Source: Thraustochytrium aureum (taxonomy: Eukaryota). Taken from it: a stretch of DNA of 64,000 nucleotides. The first letter of the stretch is position 1; every line of letters begins with the position of its first letter. A program made the translations under genes and the position numbers. The notes below the pieces were generated by a model. That model was not told the DNA's origin, made no database searches, and was given only the letters and a program-made list of their open reading frames with translations. Below are positions 1-11,825 of the stretch, in pieces. The DNA lies in assembly GCA_012862495.1 (NCBI GenBank), contig BLSG01000084.1, positions 72,526 to 136,525 on the forward strand, given 5' to 3'.

Positions 1-3000
1 GCCAGAAGCGATTGGCAGCGGTTGCGTTCTGTCAACAGTCCAACGCCTGTGGCCTTGGTGGCAGGAACTTGAACTCGCTCTCTCGCACGTGGCGAGTGGA
101 AGGCCAGCGGGTTGCCGCTCACTCTCGCGCGTGAAGCGCACTCGCGGGCGCGATAGGTGGTGCAACCTGCGTTCGACCATTGGGCCCATGAATCGAGCGC
201 CTGCCTCTGTGTCGTGAGAAGATCCCGGAGGAGTTGAAGAACAAACCAGCGCCAGCGCTCACCTGGAGAACGAACGCCCTGCGCGCGCCCTTCTTCGCCG
301 TTCCCCGTCCGCGGCGCTGGTACCTACCTACCTACGCGTCCCACCTCTGGCAGCCAGTGGCGCTCCAAGCAGTTGCACGTCTTGCATGTGCGAGCGACGG
401 GGCACGTGCGGGAAACGGCGGCGGCTCTTCCGCCCAGGTCGCTCGAGAGGAGACCCGACCTGTCGTTGCTCGCGGCCGCGCCAATCGACAGGCGTCGGTA
501 CCTACCTAGCTAGAGTACCTACGTGCCTACTACGAGCGAAGATCACCGTTGGCGAGCGTTCGTAGGCGGCTGTCGCGTGACGTTTGCCAGCTCCGGCTGC
601 GCTGGACGCTCTCCATAGAGAGCCAGAGCTAGCAAGTGGAGAGGCGAAGAGGTTGGGTCAGCAGGCTGGTAGGTACGCGTCACGCGACGTTGCGTGCGTC
701 CAGCACACCGGCTCGAGCTTTCGAGCGCCGCGCCGCCAGCCAGCCAGCCAATCGAGGCAGCCACCAGCGCAACGCGTCGAATCGAACAAACGGTACGGAC
801 TCGAGTAGGTTCTCGCAGGCAGGCAGGCTCTCCTCGTCGCGACGACGAAGCGAGCCGGCGCGTCCACGAGCACAGATTTTTTTGTGTTGTGATGTCCGAC
901 GTCAACGGAACACAAAAAGTTGGGGCGACATAAAGTACTGTTGGATTCCAAGGGAGGCTATTGCCAAGTAATTGCTGCTGTTTTTGTTGGTCTCTGATCA
1001 ATGTCGCAGGGCTGCGATCTGGGCGCCTGGATGCGCGAGTGCGGGGCTGCGGGGCTGGAGGCCTTTCCTCTCGGCTGTCGAGCCACTTGTGTGGGTTCTT
1101 CATGGGGACTCGGAAACTGGAACGTGCGCTGCTGGAAAGCGCGTCCCGTGGCGGGTGGCACAAAAAAAAATGTGTTCCGTTCACATCAAAGCACGTGCAC
1201 GTGCTCCTGGAACGACCCAGCGGGCCGTGCCAACTAGAGCCAGCAGGAGGGTCAGATCCGCGAGAGCCAGCAGCACGTGCGGCAGCGGCGTGGCCGCGCT
1301 CGCAAGGCACAGGCGGCGACGCCAAGCGTCAGAAAACGTTGACAAGGCAAGTTGTCGAGTACCTACGTGGCACGCCTCGGTGGATGGCAGGGCCCGCCGC
1401 TGGAGCAGCGTAAGGCATGGTGTCATGACGTTTGAGCTCTTTCTTGAATCAAGATGCGCGAGGCAAAAGCCACTTGCTGGGACCGAACTGGATTCACAAC
1501 GAAAGGTCAGAAACGAAATCCTCAGAGACGAACTGGTTTACGAACACCCGCCTCAACGCTCAACAACTCGCCTCAAAACGAAAAGTAGGGCCTTGTNNNN
1601 NNNNNNNNNNNNNNNNNNNNNNNNNNNNNNNNNNNNNNNNNNNNNNNNNNNNNNNNNNNNNNNNNNNNNNNNNNNNNNNNNNNNNNNNNNNNNNNNNNNN
1701 NNNNNNNNNNNNNNNNNNNNNNNNNNNNNNNNNNNNNNNNNNNNNNNNNNNNNNNNNNNNNNNNNNNNNNNNNNNNNNNNNNNNNNNNNNNNNNNNNNNN
1801 NNNNNNNNNNNNNNNNNNNNNNNNNNNNNNNNNNNNNNNNNNNNNNNNNNNNNNNNNNNNNNNNNNNNNNNNNNNNNNNNNNNNNNNNNNNNNNNNNNNN
1901 NNNNNNNNNNNNNNNNNNNNNNNNNNNNNNNNNNNNNNNNNNNNNNNNNNCTGGGCAGCCCGCGAGACGCCGTCCGCCCGCTCATAGGTGACGATGTCGG
2001 TCAGGGGCATCATTGCAGCCCCCACGCGGGCGCGCCGCCGCATAAAAGCGAGGAGGGTCCGACAGGTCGCTCGCTACCGGTACCTTGCATCATCAACTCA
2101 GCTCTCCGCATAATTCAAGCCGCAAAAAACGAACGCAAAAAACAACGATTGGCGCATCTTTGTCACGCCGGCCAGCCAGGTCGTGGGAGGCCAGGCCTAA
2201 AGGACATTGTCCTTTGCATGGTCGGCAGACCGCTATTTAGCAAACGCCACCAGTCCAACAGGTTGGCAGATAGTGGCGCTCGCGGTCGTCAAGGAGCACT
2301 CTTCCAAAACTGGAAGCAAAATCTGTTCTGAAAATCTGTTCTGGCCTTCACCTCCAACGGTAACATGGGCTGGGCTCGTCCTGGCTGTACTTCGAGGTGA
2401 CACTCGGCTCGCGTGCTCGCTGCAGCAGCGGGAGCGTGGAGCGGCGAGCAGCCAGCGAGAGTTGGAGGCATGCGCTTTGGCCGCTTTGTGCGAGCCGTCC
2501 AGGAGCGCGGCAAACGCGTCAAGTGCTCGCCGTAGAAATTCAGAGCAAAGGCCGGGTGCGACGCGGCCGTAGATGCCGTCGCTATGAAACCGTCTTGGTG
2601 CTTTCAAGGCCGAGTCAACACCGACCACGCTTGTAAATGCCAGCCTGCCCTCGTCGTGCAACTCGAACGTCCACGCCAAAGAAGAAGTGTCGCAGGCGGT
2701 GCTGTTTAGACTGACCTGTCTGCGCTTCTGTCGCCACCAACTGAGTGCTCCTGCTCTCTCCTCCAGCTAGCTAGAGATAAAAGCTAGCTTTAGAGCGTTT
2801 TGTCCCAGGGAATGAAACTGACTCACTCGAGCTTCTCGCCCGATTCCCGCACAGGGCGATTGGCTCGCCTTGGCCGCCGGGCCGCGGCCCCTCTGTCTGC
2901 ACGAAACTGCATCCGCGCAGAATTTCTCTCGCCGCGCCATCCTCATCGCTGATGCGCAACCTCGCTCGTGGCGCGCCAAATGGAGTGGGCGAAACCGACG

Positions 3001-3709
3001 CTGCGCTGTACTCTTCCGCTTGGCCACGCGCAACAACGAACGCAGTTCCTTACGAGCCTCTTGCCCTCCTCTCCGCTCGACTCGCTCTGGCAGAGGAGCT
3101 CGAGCAGAGAGAGACGGGACTCCACTTGCCCGTTCGCTTGCTCATTCGGGAGGCCGTGAGGAGGCCCGTCCACATTTTCACTCCACGGCACAGAACAAGC
3201 AAGCACGCCGACTCTCTTCAACCCCCTCCGCCAGGACAGCAGCGAATCTCCAGCTCCAGTTGAGCCAGCCTCTTTCTACCACAAAGGAAAGAAAGGAGGC
3301 CAAGGCCAAGCAAGCGGGCGCCTGAAGAAACGTCGGTCGGCCTTCGATCGACTCCAGCAGGCGCCCAACAAGCAAAAAGCACAGCCAAAAACTCGAAAAC
3401 CGAAGAAACCTCCAACCCACATCGCAGCTGAGCATCGCTGGCAAGCAAGCACGCCACTCACGGCCGCCTCGCCAGCCGTCGCGTGGGCCATTCGCACCGC
3501 TCGCCGCGAAACATCCCAACCAGCAACGAAAAACCAACAATCAAAAACCGTGGCCTGTGTAACTCCTCACCTTGGGTCCCAATACTGCTCAACGTGCTCA
3601 ACGCCTAGTTTGATAGGAGCCCAAGGTGAAGCGCCAGTCTCAACTCCATGTCCCTCGCCCTCTCAATGCCTCTCCCCGTCCGGCATCTCGCCCTCTCTCG
3701 ACGGTGCAG

Positions 3710-3810
3710 TCAGGCAAGCCAAGCAGTCAGGCAAGCAGTCCAGGCAGGCAGGCAGTCCAGCAGACAGTCCAGCAGGCAGGCAGGCAGGCTGGCAGGCAGG
3801 CAGGACAGGC
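3710..3810. repeat. (GCAG)n-type degenerate microsatellite
   Basis: Repeated caggcaggcagg units upstream of the CCCH gene. Confidence 0.7.
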
Positions 3811-4067
3811 GGCGTGGGCAGAGCTGACTCGAGTCGCGGCAACGTCACACGCGACCAGGACATCATTCATTCATCTGCAGCGACGCGCGCAGCGACCGAA
3901 AAAGGCGGAGCAGGTCGAGGACTGCACGTACGGGAGGCACCCACCTGGGGCGTGGCCTGCAGCCGCGGGAGAAAGCGGCTGACGCGGCGGCAACCCGTGC
4001 GGGGCAACGAAAGCCAACGCGCCGAGTTTGGCGCAAGAGCCGAACGTGAGGCGGGCGACGAGAGGGG

Positions 4068-6059
4068 ATGATGCAGTCCAGCAATGCGGGGTCTGCAAAC
4101 TCCACCACGAACGCCTGGAACGCCTGGAAGCAGCCTGGCGGGGCTGCGGCCCTGTTTCCCAAGACCGGCGCGACGACCGCCGCGGAAAAACTGCGCCACC
4201 TCAGCGGCGATGCCAAGCAAACGGTGATCGTCCCATCCGTGGCCGCCCAGCGGCCAAAGCTCGGCGCGCGATCCAATTCCAACTCGTCAGTGGGCTCTGC
4301 AACCGGCGCTGAGCGCGACGCCGCCCGCACGGATAGCGCCAAGAAGCAGGCCAAGGCGGCTCGGAAAAAGACGACCGGGCCCGTGCATAACAGCCGTTAC
4401 AAGGCCAAGCTGTGCAAGAACTGGATGAAGAACGGTGCCTGCCCGTATTTTGAAAAGTGCCAGTTCGCGCACGGCACGACGGAGCTGCTCAAGTGGGCCA
4501 ACCGCCGCGCGCGGACGAAGAGCGACGACGCGGACAGCGAGATCGAGTTTAACCAGAACAACCACCAGGACGAGACGCAGTCGCAGAACGAGGGCCGCAG
4601 CGAGTCGGTCGCTACAACCGCAAGCCCGGCCGGAAGCAGCCAAGCGCCGGTGCAGAGGACAACACCCGCATCCGCGGCAGCAACCAAGAGGAAGAGGACC
4701 TGGACGAGGCCAAGTCTAGCAGTGAGCCGGTGGCGAGCAAAACGTTCGCCCAGGGGCTTCAAAACACCCCGGCCGCTCGCCACAGCGATGGGGAGGAGGA
4801 GGAGGAGGAGTGCAAAGCGCGCAGTGACGAAGACCTCGTGGTTCGACGTGCAGNNNNNNNNNNNNNNNNNNNNNNNNNNNNNNNNNNNNNNNNNNNNNNN
4901 NNNNNNNNNNNNNNNNNNNNNNNNNNNNNNNNNNNNNNNNNNNNNNNNNNNNNNNNNNNNNNNNNNNNNNNNNNNNNNNNNNNNNNNNNNNNNNNNNNNN
5001 NNNNNNNNNNNNNNNNNNNNNNNNNNNNNCGAGTCGGCCAGCCCTGCGCGCGACTTGCTGCCGGACCTGAGCGCAAAGTTCAACGTGCTCGACATAGGGG
5101 GCTTTCCAGCTCCAGAGACCTTTTGCGCTTCGGTAGTTGGCGCTCGGTCCGCATCCGCCTTCTCCACCGACAGCCTCTTTCAGCCGCTGTCCACGCTCTC
5201 CTCTGCGTCCTCTTCCTCTTCGTCGTCCTCGATCTCGTCGAACCGCTTCACCTCGCCTGGGTTTGACGCCCCGGCGCGCGCGCAGTCGACGTCGTTGCCG
5301 CGCTCGTCGTCGGCCAACTCGGTCTCGCCGCAGTTCGGCGCGTGCTTGGCGCCTCAAGCCTCGCCCTTCCGCCCACCCGCGTCGCAGTACAGTGCGTTTC
5401 AGCGCCCTGACTCGCTGAGCGGAATCGCCGCGGCGGACGCTGGAGTTGGCTCTTTGGGGTCTGCGTCGGACGACGCTCAATCGTTTCAGCTCTTTGGCAT
5501 GGGTCCCATCTTCGAGCAGCAGGGGTTTGGCGGACACCAGAGTTCGTTGCCGGCTGTTCGTGATTGTGTCCCTGAGGCTTATTCGGGCGCGCCCATTGCC
5601 GCGGCCGCAGTCGCTTCCCCGGACGGCTATGGCTACCCCAGCTTTCAGCAACACCGGCAGCAGCTGCAACAGCGGCAGGAGCAGTCGCTGCCGCACGGGA
5701 TTTACGGGGGGCAGGAACTCGGGTATGGTGCCAACCAACACCAGCATCACTACCAGCAGCAATATGGCTACAACGCCTCGCACCAGGACAACTACCACTA
5801 TCAACAGGCCGTCATGGCTCAGCACCCTTCTAGCCAAGACGAGGCCTATCACTATCAGCAGCAACAGCGCCAGCCCTATGCTCAGATGTCACGCAACGAG
5901 CAGCATCATCAATTCGGCGCCCAGCCTTCGGCTTATCACGGGCCGGGCTTTGCTGGCTCGATGGCTGGCACCGGCAGCTCCACCTTCCCGATGGAGTCGT
6001 ACGGCTACATGCAGCAACAGCAGCAGCAGCAGCGCCAGCAGCAGCGCAATGGTTTGTGA
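4068..6059 (+). CDS. CCCH zinc-finger (TIS11/TTP-like finger) RNA-binding protein with S/Q-rich low-complexity tail; interrupted by a gap and a probable frameshift near 4650
   Basis: RYKAKLCKNWMKNGACPYFEKCQFAHG is C-x8-C-x5-C-x3-H with an RYKxxL lead-in. An acidic segment (EEEDLDEAK...DGEEEEEE) lies in another frame just before the gap at 4854-5029. Confidence 0.8.
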   Translation: MMQSSNAGSANSTTNAWNAWKQPGGAAALFPKTGATTAAEKLRHLSGDAKQTVIVPSVAAQRPKLGARSNSNSSVGSATGAERDAARTDSAKKQAKAARKKTTGPVHNSRYKAKLCKNWMKNGACPYFEKCQFAHGTTELLKWANRRARTKSDDADSEIEFNQNNHQDETQSQNEGRSESVATTASPAGSSQAPVQRTTPASAAATKRKRTWTRPSLAVSRWRAKRSPRGFKTPRPLATAMGRRRRRSAKRAVTKTSWFDVQXXXXXXXXXXXXXXXXXXXXXXXXXXXXXXXXXXXXXXXXXXXXXXXXXXXXXXXXXXXESASPARDLLPDLSAKFNVLDIGGFPAPETFCASVVGARSASAFSTDSLFQPLSTLSSASSSSSSSSISSNRFTSPGFDAPARAQSTSLPRSSSANSVSPQFGACLAPQASPFRPPASQYSAFQRPDSLSGIAAADAGVGSLGSASDDAQSFQLFGMGPIFEQQGFGGHQSSLPAVRDCVPEAYSGAPIAAAAVASPDGYGYPSFQQHRQQLQQRQEQSLPHGIYGGQELGYGANQHQHHYQQQYGYNASHQDNYHYQQAVMAQHPSSQDEAYHYQQQQRQPYAQMSRNEQHHQFGAQPSAYHGPGFAGSMAGTGSSTFPMESYGYMQQQQQQQRQQQRNGL

Positions 6060-6391
6060 GCGCGCTTCCGAGCCCACCGGTCGCGGGCCCCGCCGAGAGC
6101 TTGACTACGGCGGCCTCGCGCGACCGGACCCTATTCTCCAACCAAACTAAAACCAAACCGCTGGAAATCAAATCGCCAATCCTGCATGTTTGTTTCGAGA
6201 CCATGGCCGCCCGACAGCAAGTTCTAGCGACTCTGGACGCGCCGTGCGTTTGCAAGCAACGACACCTGCTACTCGCGAGACGCGGCCGGGTGCTCTGCGC
6301 TTTGAACCAACCCTGCCAGGCTTGGTACGTTGTTGGCACCTGACTTGCTCGTGATATTTTTATTTAAAACTCCATCGGCAGTGCGATCGAT

Positions 6392-7743
6392 TTACTCGCG
6401 CGGCCCGAAGAGCCAGTAGCGACGTGCTCCGTGAAACCGGCGGACGCCGAGCTCCTGCAGCTTGATCCAGGCCTTGGCAAAGTCCTCCATGAACGCGGCT
6501 TCGTTGGCGGCGTACAGCTCCACGTAAGGCTTCATCGCCGCGTCCTGCACAAGGGCCATGTCGGTCTCGAGCATCATGAGGTCGGCGCCCGTCTCGGCGT
6601 TCTCAAACTGAACGGGGCCTTTCCAGGGCTTGCCCTGATGGCTCGTCTTTTTGGACCACTGCTCCTCAAGGAGGAGGCGAAAATACTCGTTGGACAGCGT
6701 GGTGGGGCTCCGCGTCCACGGCCCCCAGTACCCGCTGCGGTCAGTGTGGCAGCGGCCGAGGCTGTGCGCCCCAGAGAGGCAGACGATCTCCCTGTCGTTG
6801 AATCCCATGCGGTAAAAAATGTCGCGCAGGTGGTCGGCTGGGTTCTTGCCGCGACCGTCCGCGTCGGGCAGGAGGCCGTCGGGGAGCTTGTTCCCGTCCA
6901 CTGCGAGGTCCTTGCGGCCGGGGCGCCACTTGAAAGCGGGGCCGCCCATTTCCTCCAAAGCAACCGTACCAGCTAGGCTCCAAAGATCAGAGTAGGTGAT
7001 CCCGGGAAACTTGGCCTTGATGGGCTCGAGGCGGGCGCGCGCTTCGTGGAGCCCGGCGTTGGCGCCCCAGGCTGCTTCATCGGCGTCTTGCACGCGCATG
7101 CAGGCGCCTTCGCTCCCGCCGCGGTTCGTATTTTTGTCGTACGTGCCGGCGTTGTGCCAGGCCAGCCGCACGAAGAGCGGGCCCAGCTGCCGTCGTCGTA
7201 GCCCTCTTCCTCGAGGATGTCGGAGATCGCGGACCGCACCGCGTCGTAGTCCACGTCCTTGCCGGGCTTTTGCACGACGCCATCGGACCCAGGGGGAGAA
7301 TGTGCCGTGCCCGGCTCGCTTGGGGCGGCTTGCGCGGGTTCCGCGGTCGGGGCCGCGGCCTCGGCCTTGGCCTTGGCTTGGACCTTTTCAGCGGCAGCAG
7401 CTGTGGCGAGCCGGACCTTGTCAAGTGCCTCATCGGCCTCGATTTTGGCAGCGAGCGCTTCGACTTCCTGCTTGAGCGCATTCTTGCTCAGCCCTGTGTC
7501 CTCGAAGCTCGGGCTACTCGTGCTCATGCCCAGCATGCTGCGCACATCGTCCTGAAAGTAGTACGCCGCACCTCCAAGCGCGGCAGCCACGGCGATTGGA
7601 AACGCCTTGCCGCTGGGCCTTGGTTCGGTGGGCGGCGGGGGCGGCCGAGCAGCGCCCTCGCCCGCGGCGTTCGCCATGCCGCGCGCGTGCGCCTTTCGCC
7701 CGGCCGCCGAGGCTGCGACCCGTCGAGCAGCGTGACGGAACAT
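6392..7743 (-). CDS. CCP1: Mitochondrial cytochrome c peroxidase (class I heme peroxidase); one-base frameshift near 7183
   Basis: Distal [10 protein letters not shown], proximal [10 protein letters not shown] and GYWGPWT (CcP Trp). Arg/Ala-rich presequence [16 protein letters not shown] and a hydrophobic anchor. Adding one G in the GGG run restores [16 protein letters not shown]. Confidence 0.9.
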
Positions 7744-8549
7744 TTTGACGAACAGGTGCTCGCTCGCTTGGTCGTCCGGAAAGCAAAATCGCGCGGGGTA
7801 GACGAAACGCCGCGCACAGGCAAGCACAGACAAGCAGGGCACGCCGCACGCAGGCAGGCAAGGGCCTCGCAGAGTGCGCTCGCTGCCGCGGTATCCACGC
7901 CGCGCCGCGAAGAAGGAAGGAAGGAAGGAAGAAGGGCGGCTGCAGTGGCTTTGTGCTCTCGGAATGTGCTCGAGAAACTCGNNNNNNNNNNNNNNNNNNN
8001 NNNNNNNNNNNNNNNNNNNNNNNNNNNNNNNNNNNNNNNNNNNNNNNNNNNNNNNNNNNNNNNNNNNNNNNNNNNNNNNNNNNNNNNNNNNNNNNNNNNN
8101 NNNNNNNNNNNNNNNNNNNNNNNNNNNNNNNNNNNNNNNNNNNNNNNNNNNNNNNNNNNNNNNNNNNNNNNNNNNNNNNNNNNNNNNNNNNNNNNNNNNN
8201 NNNNNNNNNNNNNNNNNNNNNNNNNNNNNNNNNNNNNNNNNNNNNNNNNNNNNNNNNNNNNNNNNNNNNNNNNNNNNNNNNNNNNNNNNNNNNNNNNNNN
8301 NNNNNNNNNNNNNNNNNNNNNNNNNNNNNNNNNNNNNNNNNNNNNNNNNNNNNNNNNNNNNNNNNNNNNNNNNNNNNNNNNNNNNNNNNNNNNNNNNNNN
8401 NNNGCAGCAGCAGCAGCAGCAGCAGCAGCGGCAGCAGCGCACGTAGACGCAGGTGCCGAGCGGCCTCGCTTTGGCTTGTTTTGCTTCTCGCTCGGCTTGG
8501 CTTTTTGCGTCGGTGCGCGAGGAGACTCGAGGCGGACGCGATGGGGGGC

Positions 8550-8948
8550 ATGAGCAAGCAGAAGGTGCTGGAGCTCGCGAAGGGGTTTCGCGGACGCAAC
8601 AAGAACTGCAACTCGATCGCGAGGGTGCGCGTGGATAAGGCGCTGCAGCATGCGTACAGGCATCGCAAGGAGAAGAAACGAGGTAGGTTGGCTGGGTAGG
8701 TCGGACGCGGGACGAGCCGGGACGGGGAGCGAACTGACCGAGGTGACGCGGTTGCGCGCGCAGATGCTCGGTCGCTGTGGATTCAGCAGATGAACGCGGG
8801 CGTTCGCGAGCACGAGATGTCGTACTCGAATCTGATCCACAAGATGAACGTAGCCGACATCGAGGTGAACCGCAAGGTCATGGCCGAGCTTGCGGCTTCC
8901 GAGCCGCTCAGCTTCCGCGCCATTGTCGAGATCTGCAAGGCGGTCTGA
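8550..8948 (+). CDS. MRPL20: Mitochondrial ribosomal protein bL20; exons 8550-8682 and 8764-8948
   Basis: Spliced product [20 protein letters not shown]...[27 protein letters not shown]...[16 protein letters not shown]. Intron 8683-8763 runs GTAGGT...CTGAC...CAG. Confidence 0.93.
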
Positions 8949-9008
8949 GCCGAGTGCCACGTTGAGCCGGGCGTCGACGGCTCCTGCATGAGCGAATGAA
9001 CACAGTTG

Positions 9009-9055
9009 TGGATGGATGGATGGATGGATGGCTGGACGCACGGACGGACGGATGG
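9009..9055. repeat. (GGAT)n/(GGAC)n microsatellite
   Basis: ggatggatggatggatggatgg...ggacggacggatgg. Confidence 0.8.
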
Positions 9056-9357
9056 CGGCCTAGCCGGAAAGCGCCCAAAACACACAAACCCCTGCTTGCC
9101 CTATTGACTCTCGATGCCTCCGCTTGCCAGCCTTCGGCCCCTGCCTTTCCCTCCCCCTTGCCTTTCACTTGCGTGGTGCTTGCTGTAGATTTGACGAAAA
9201 CGGGCATTGTTGGTTTGCGTGGCACAAAGGCTACTACTCTATGTACTACAAAGCCGCGTTCGACTGCGCCATGGCCTTTGCAATCTGCGCCGCGCGCCAG
9301 GGCCCAGGCCGGCCTGCAGGTTCCTCGAATTTCTAGCTAGCCCAGAAACTCCGCCGA

Positions 9358-9957
9358 CTAGTTTTCCTGCAGCTCGCGGCCAGAGGCGGGTTTCGGCAGC
9401 GCGATCAGCGGCGTTCCAGGCTCCCTCCCCGCGCAACCCTCGCGCCGACGACCGTCATCCGGGGCTGGAGCGCTTGGCGGGACCACGACTTCAGCCTCTG
9501 CGAAGGGCAGCGCCAGCGCAAACGGGTCGCCTGCGTCCAACTCCGCCTGCTCGAGCCGGTCCTCGGCCGCCGACTCCGGGTCGTCGAACCACAGGTCGCT
9601 CCCGTAGTAGATGCAAAGCTCTTCCCCAGCGGAGATCTTGCGCGCCGCGAGGAAGGCGATCTCCCCTGCGGACTCGTCGACTCTGTAGTCCACGTTGGGC
9701 TTGGCAGAGTGGTTGAACAAGCAGCCCACGCCGAGGGGCAGCAGGTAGTTGCCGCTCTTGCACAAGAACAAGTACTCGCACAGTACCGTGTGCCGCGCAT
9801 GCTGATCGTACTGCTCCGCCGAAAAGGACAGCGTCGGAGCGACCTCGATGCGAAACCCGCGCGGCAGGGGCCTGGCCGCGAACAACCCGCGGCCTTTGCC
9901 TTCCACGTGCCTCACTTCGATAGCGCCGCTTCCGCCGCCAGCCGTCGTCCACGACAT
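9358..9957 (-). CDS. Small stand-alone SET-domain lysine methyltransferase (S. pombe Set7-like/bacterial-type)
   Basis: GKGRGLFA, LFNHSAKPNV and GEELCIYYGSDLWF motifs; no pre- or post-SET cysteine clusters. Confidence 0.88.
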   Translation of the reverse strand: MSWTTAGGGSGAIEVRHVEGKGRGLFAARPLPRGFRIEVAPTLSFSAEQYDQHARHTVLCEYLFLCKSGNYLLPLGVGCLFNHSAKPNVDYRVDESAGEIAFLAARKISAGEELCIYYGSDLWFDDPESAAEDRLEQAELDAGDPFALALPFAEAEVVVPPSAPAPDDGRRREGCAGREPGTPLIALPKPASGRELQEN

Positions 9958-10662
9958 ACTGTGCCGGCGCCGAACGGGCGAGCGGGCGAGCCAGGCAGCG
10001 AGGATGGCTCTTGCTGCCGCAGCACTTGCGGCAGCTCGAGTAGGGCCGAGGGAGGCGCCGCGCGGCGAGCGACCAACCTCAATGGCCGGCTCGGCTCGCT
10101 GNNNNNNNNNNNNNNNNNNNNNNNNNNNNNNNNNNNNNNNNNNNNNNNNNNNNNNNNNNNNNNNNNNNNNNNNNNNNNNNNNNNNNNNNNNNNNNNNNNN
10201 NNNNNNNNNNNNNNNNNNNNNNNNNNNNNNNNNNNNNNNNNNNNNNNNNNNNNNNNNNNNNNNNNNNNNNNNNNNNNNNNNNNNNNNNNNNNNNNNNNNN
10301 NNNNNNNNNNNNNNNNNNNNNNNNNNNNNNNNNNNNNNNNNNNNNNNNNNNNCCAAGCTCCGGCCGGCGGGGCCCTGGCTGGAGGAGGCCGGCCCGCACG
10401 CCGACGGCCCTTGCGAGCGCCTTCAGGGAGAGCCTGCTGGGTGGGGGGAGGGTCTGACTGCCGAACGGGTCTGCCGGACCTTGCTGGCCACAGAATCGCC
10501 CCGTCAGACGCCACCGGAGGCCCAGAGCAGCGAGCGACCTGGATGCGGCACGCGGGTTTTGGCGGCATTTGGGCGGCCGGGCGCTCTCTACCCGAGCCCA
10601 ATCCAGCTGGCTCGAGCTCGTTGGCGCTGCGTGCGATAGCCTGAAGTTCACAAACTCCTACT

Positions 10663-11454
10663 TCACGAGGCGTGACGCGTCTCGAACGCCGCCACGGGCC
10701 GCGAGCCAAAGACATTGAGCTCAAGCGGAGAGGCTTCACCTGGGCCACTGTCGCATGCGCGGGTTGAAGGGGCTTCTTTCCACACGATCTCGCTGTCGTG
10801 CGACGGGGAGGCCGACGACATCCTTGAGGCACGCCTCAGCCGGCCCAATGTGCTTGCGGAGCCGCACCGCCGAAGGATGTTGCGAATACTTGACAAACTC
10901 GGGCGTGCAAGGCTGCTGGAGCTGCTGGTGCTGGCTCTGCTCCTTGCCGACGCGTTTGGCGACGAGTGCGTGCTCGCCATCGCCAGCTCGTTCTCGTTGT
11001 TGCTGGCGGATGTGTTGTTGTTGTTGTTGCTGCTGCTGGCAAATGTCGAATATTCAAGCGATTGCAGCGCCGCGGCCCTTTCGCGGATGTTCCGCTCTTG
11101 CGCGCCTCGGGCACCTGCTCTTGGCGCCGGGCCCCGGATGTTTGACTTCACGTTGCTGAAAATCTCAAACTTGGCGATGTCGTCGGCGAAATCTTGGTCG
11201 CCCTGAAGCTCCTGCTGTGCTCTTGCCTCCAAAAGCCGCGCGGCGGCTCGCATGCTGCCTTGTACAGTGATCGTCTCGCTGCGGTTGGCCTGCTCGAGTG
11301 CTTGATTGTCTCGTTGTCGTTCGTGTTGTTTTCGTGATTGTGTTTTGTTGTCGTGATGCGCGACGCGTACAAACCCAGTCTTGTAGCCCAATAGTGCGCG
11401 GCTGGGCAGCCTGGTTGGCTTGCTGTCAGGGTCCACCTTTGCCATCATCCCCAT
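10663..11454 (-). CDS. Hypothetical low-complexity protein
   Basis: ~260-codon ORF with poly-N and poly-S tracts; no recognisable domain; start uncertain. Confidence 0.4.
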   Translation of the reverse strand: MGMMAKVDPDSKPTRLPSRALLGYKTGFVRVAHHDNKTQSRKQHERQRDNQALEQANRSETITVQGSMRAAARLLEARAQQELQGDQDFADDIAKFEIFSNVKSNIRGPAPRAGARGAQERNIRERAAALQSLEYSTFASSSNNNNNTSASNNENELAMASTHSSPNASARSRASTSSSSSLARPSLSSIRNILRRCGSASTLGRLRRASRMSSASPSHDSEIVWKEAPSTRACDSGPGEASPLELNVFGSRPVAAFETRHAS

Positions 11455-11825
11455 TTTCGGTGCGTGAAGACCCACTGAACTCGATCATGAACGCAAGGCT
11501 GTCCAGTTTTTTTTGCATGTACGCATTCGTGTTCCAACGGCTCAACGCCAGGCAACAAACACGTCACCAGGCGGTACTCCAGGGAACCATGCAGCAGATC
11601 AGCCTTGATGGGGGCGGTGCGCAACGCGGCTCTCCATTTTACTCTCGTTCAGAGCGAGAGTCGGTGCATACCCTGCACAAGCAGACTCGTACATACTCTA
11701 CGTATCCCTTCATTGAGAAGGTCAATTTTCACACATGGCGCGGACAGGCCTGTCTGTGGGACTTGTGCGAGTACTTTTAGTCAGCGCCGGGAGCAACGCG
11801 GCTGCTTGCGGGAGTGAGGAGAGGT

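Noticed and set aside
234..3540. Numerous short Arg/Ala/Pro-rich ORFs in the first 3.5 kb
   Set aside because: Composition typical of random GC-rich frames and no recognisable motif; a degraded gene cannot be excluded.
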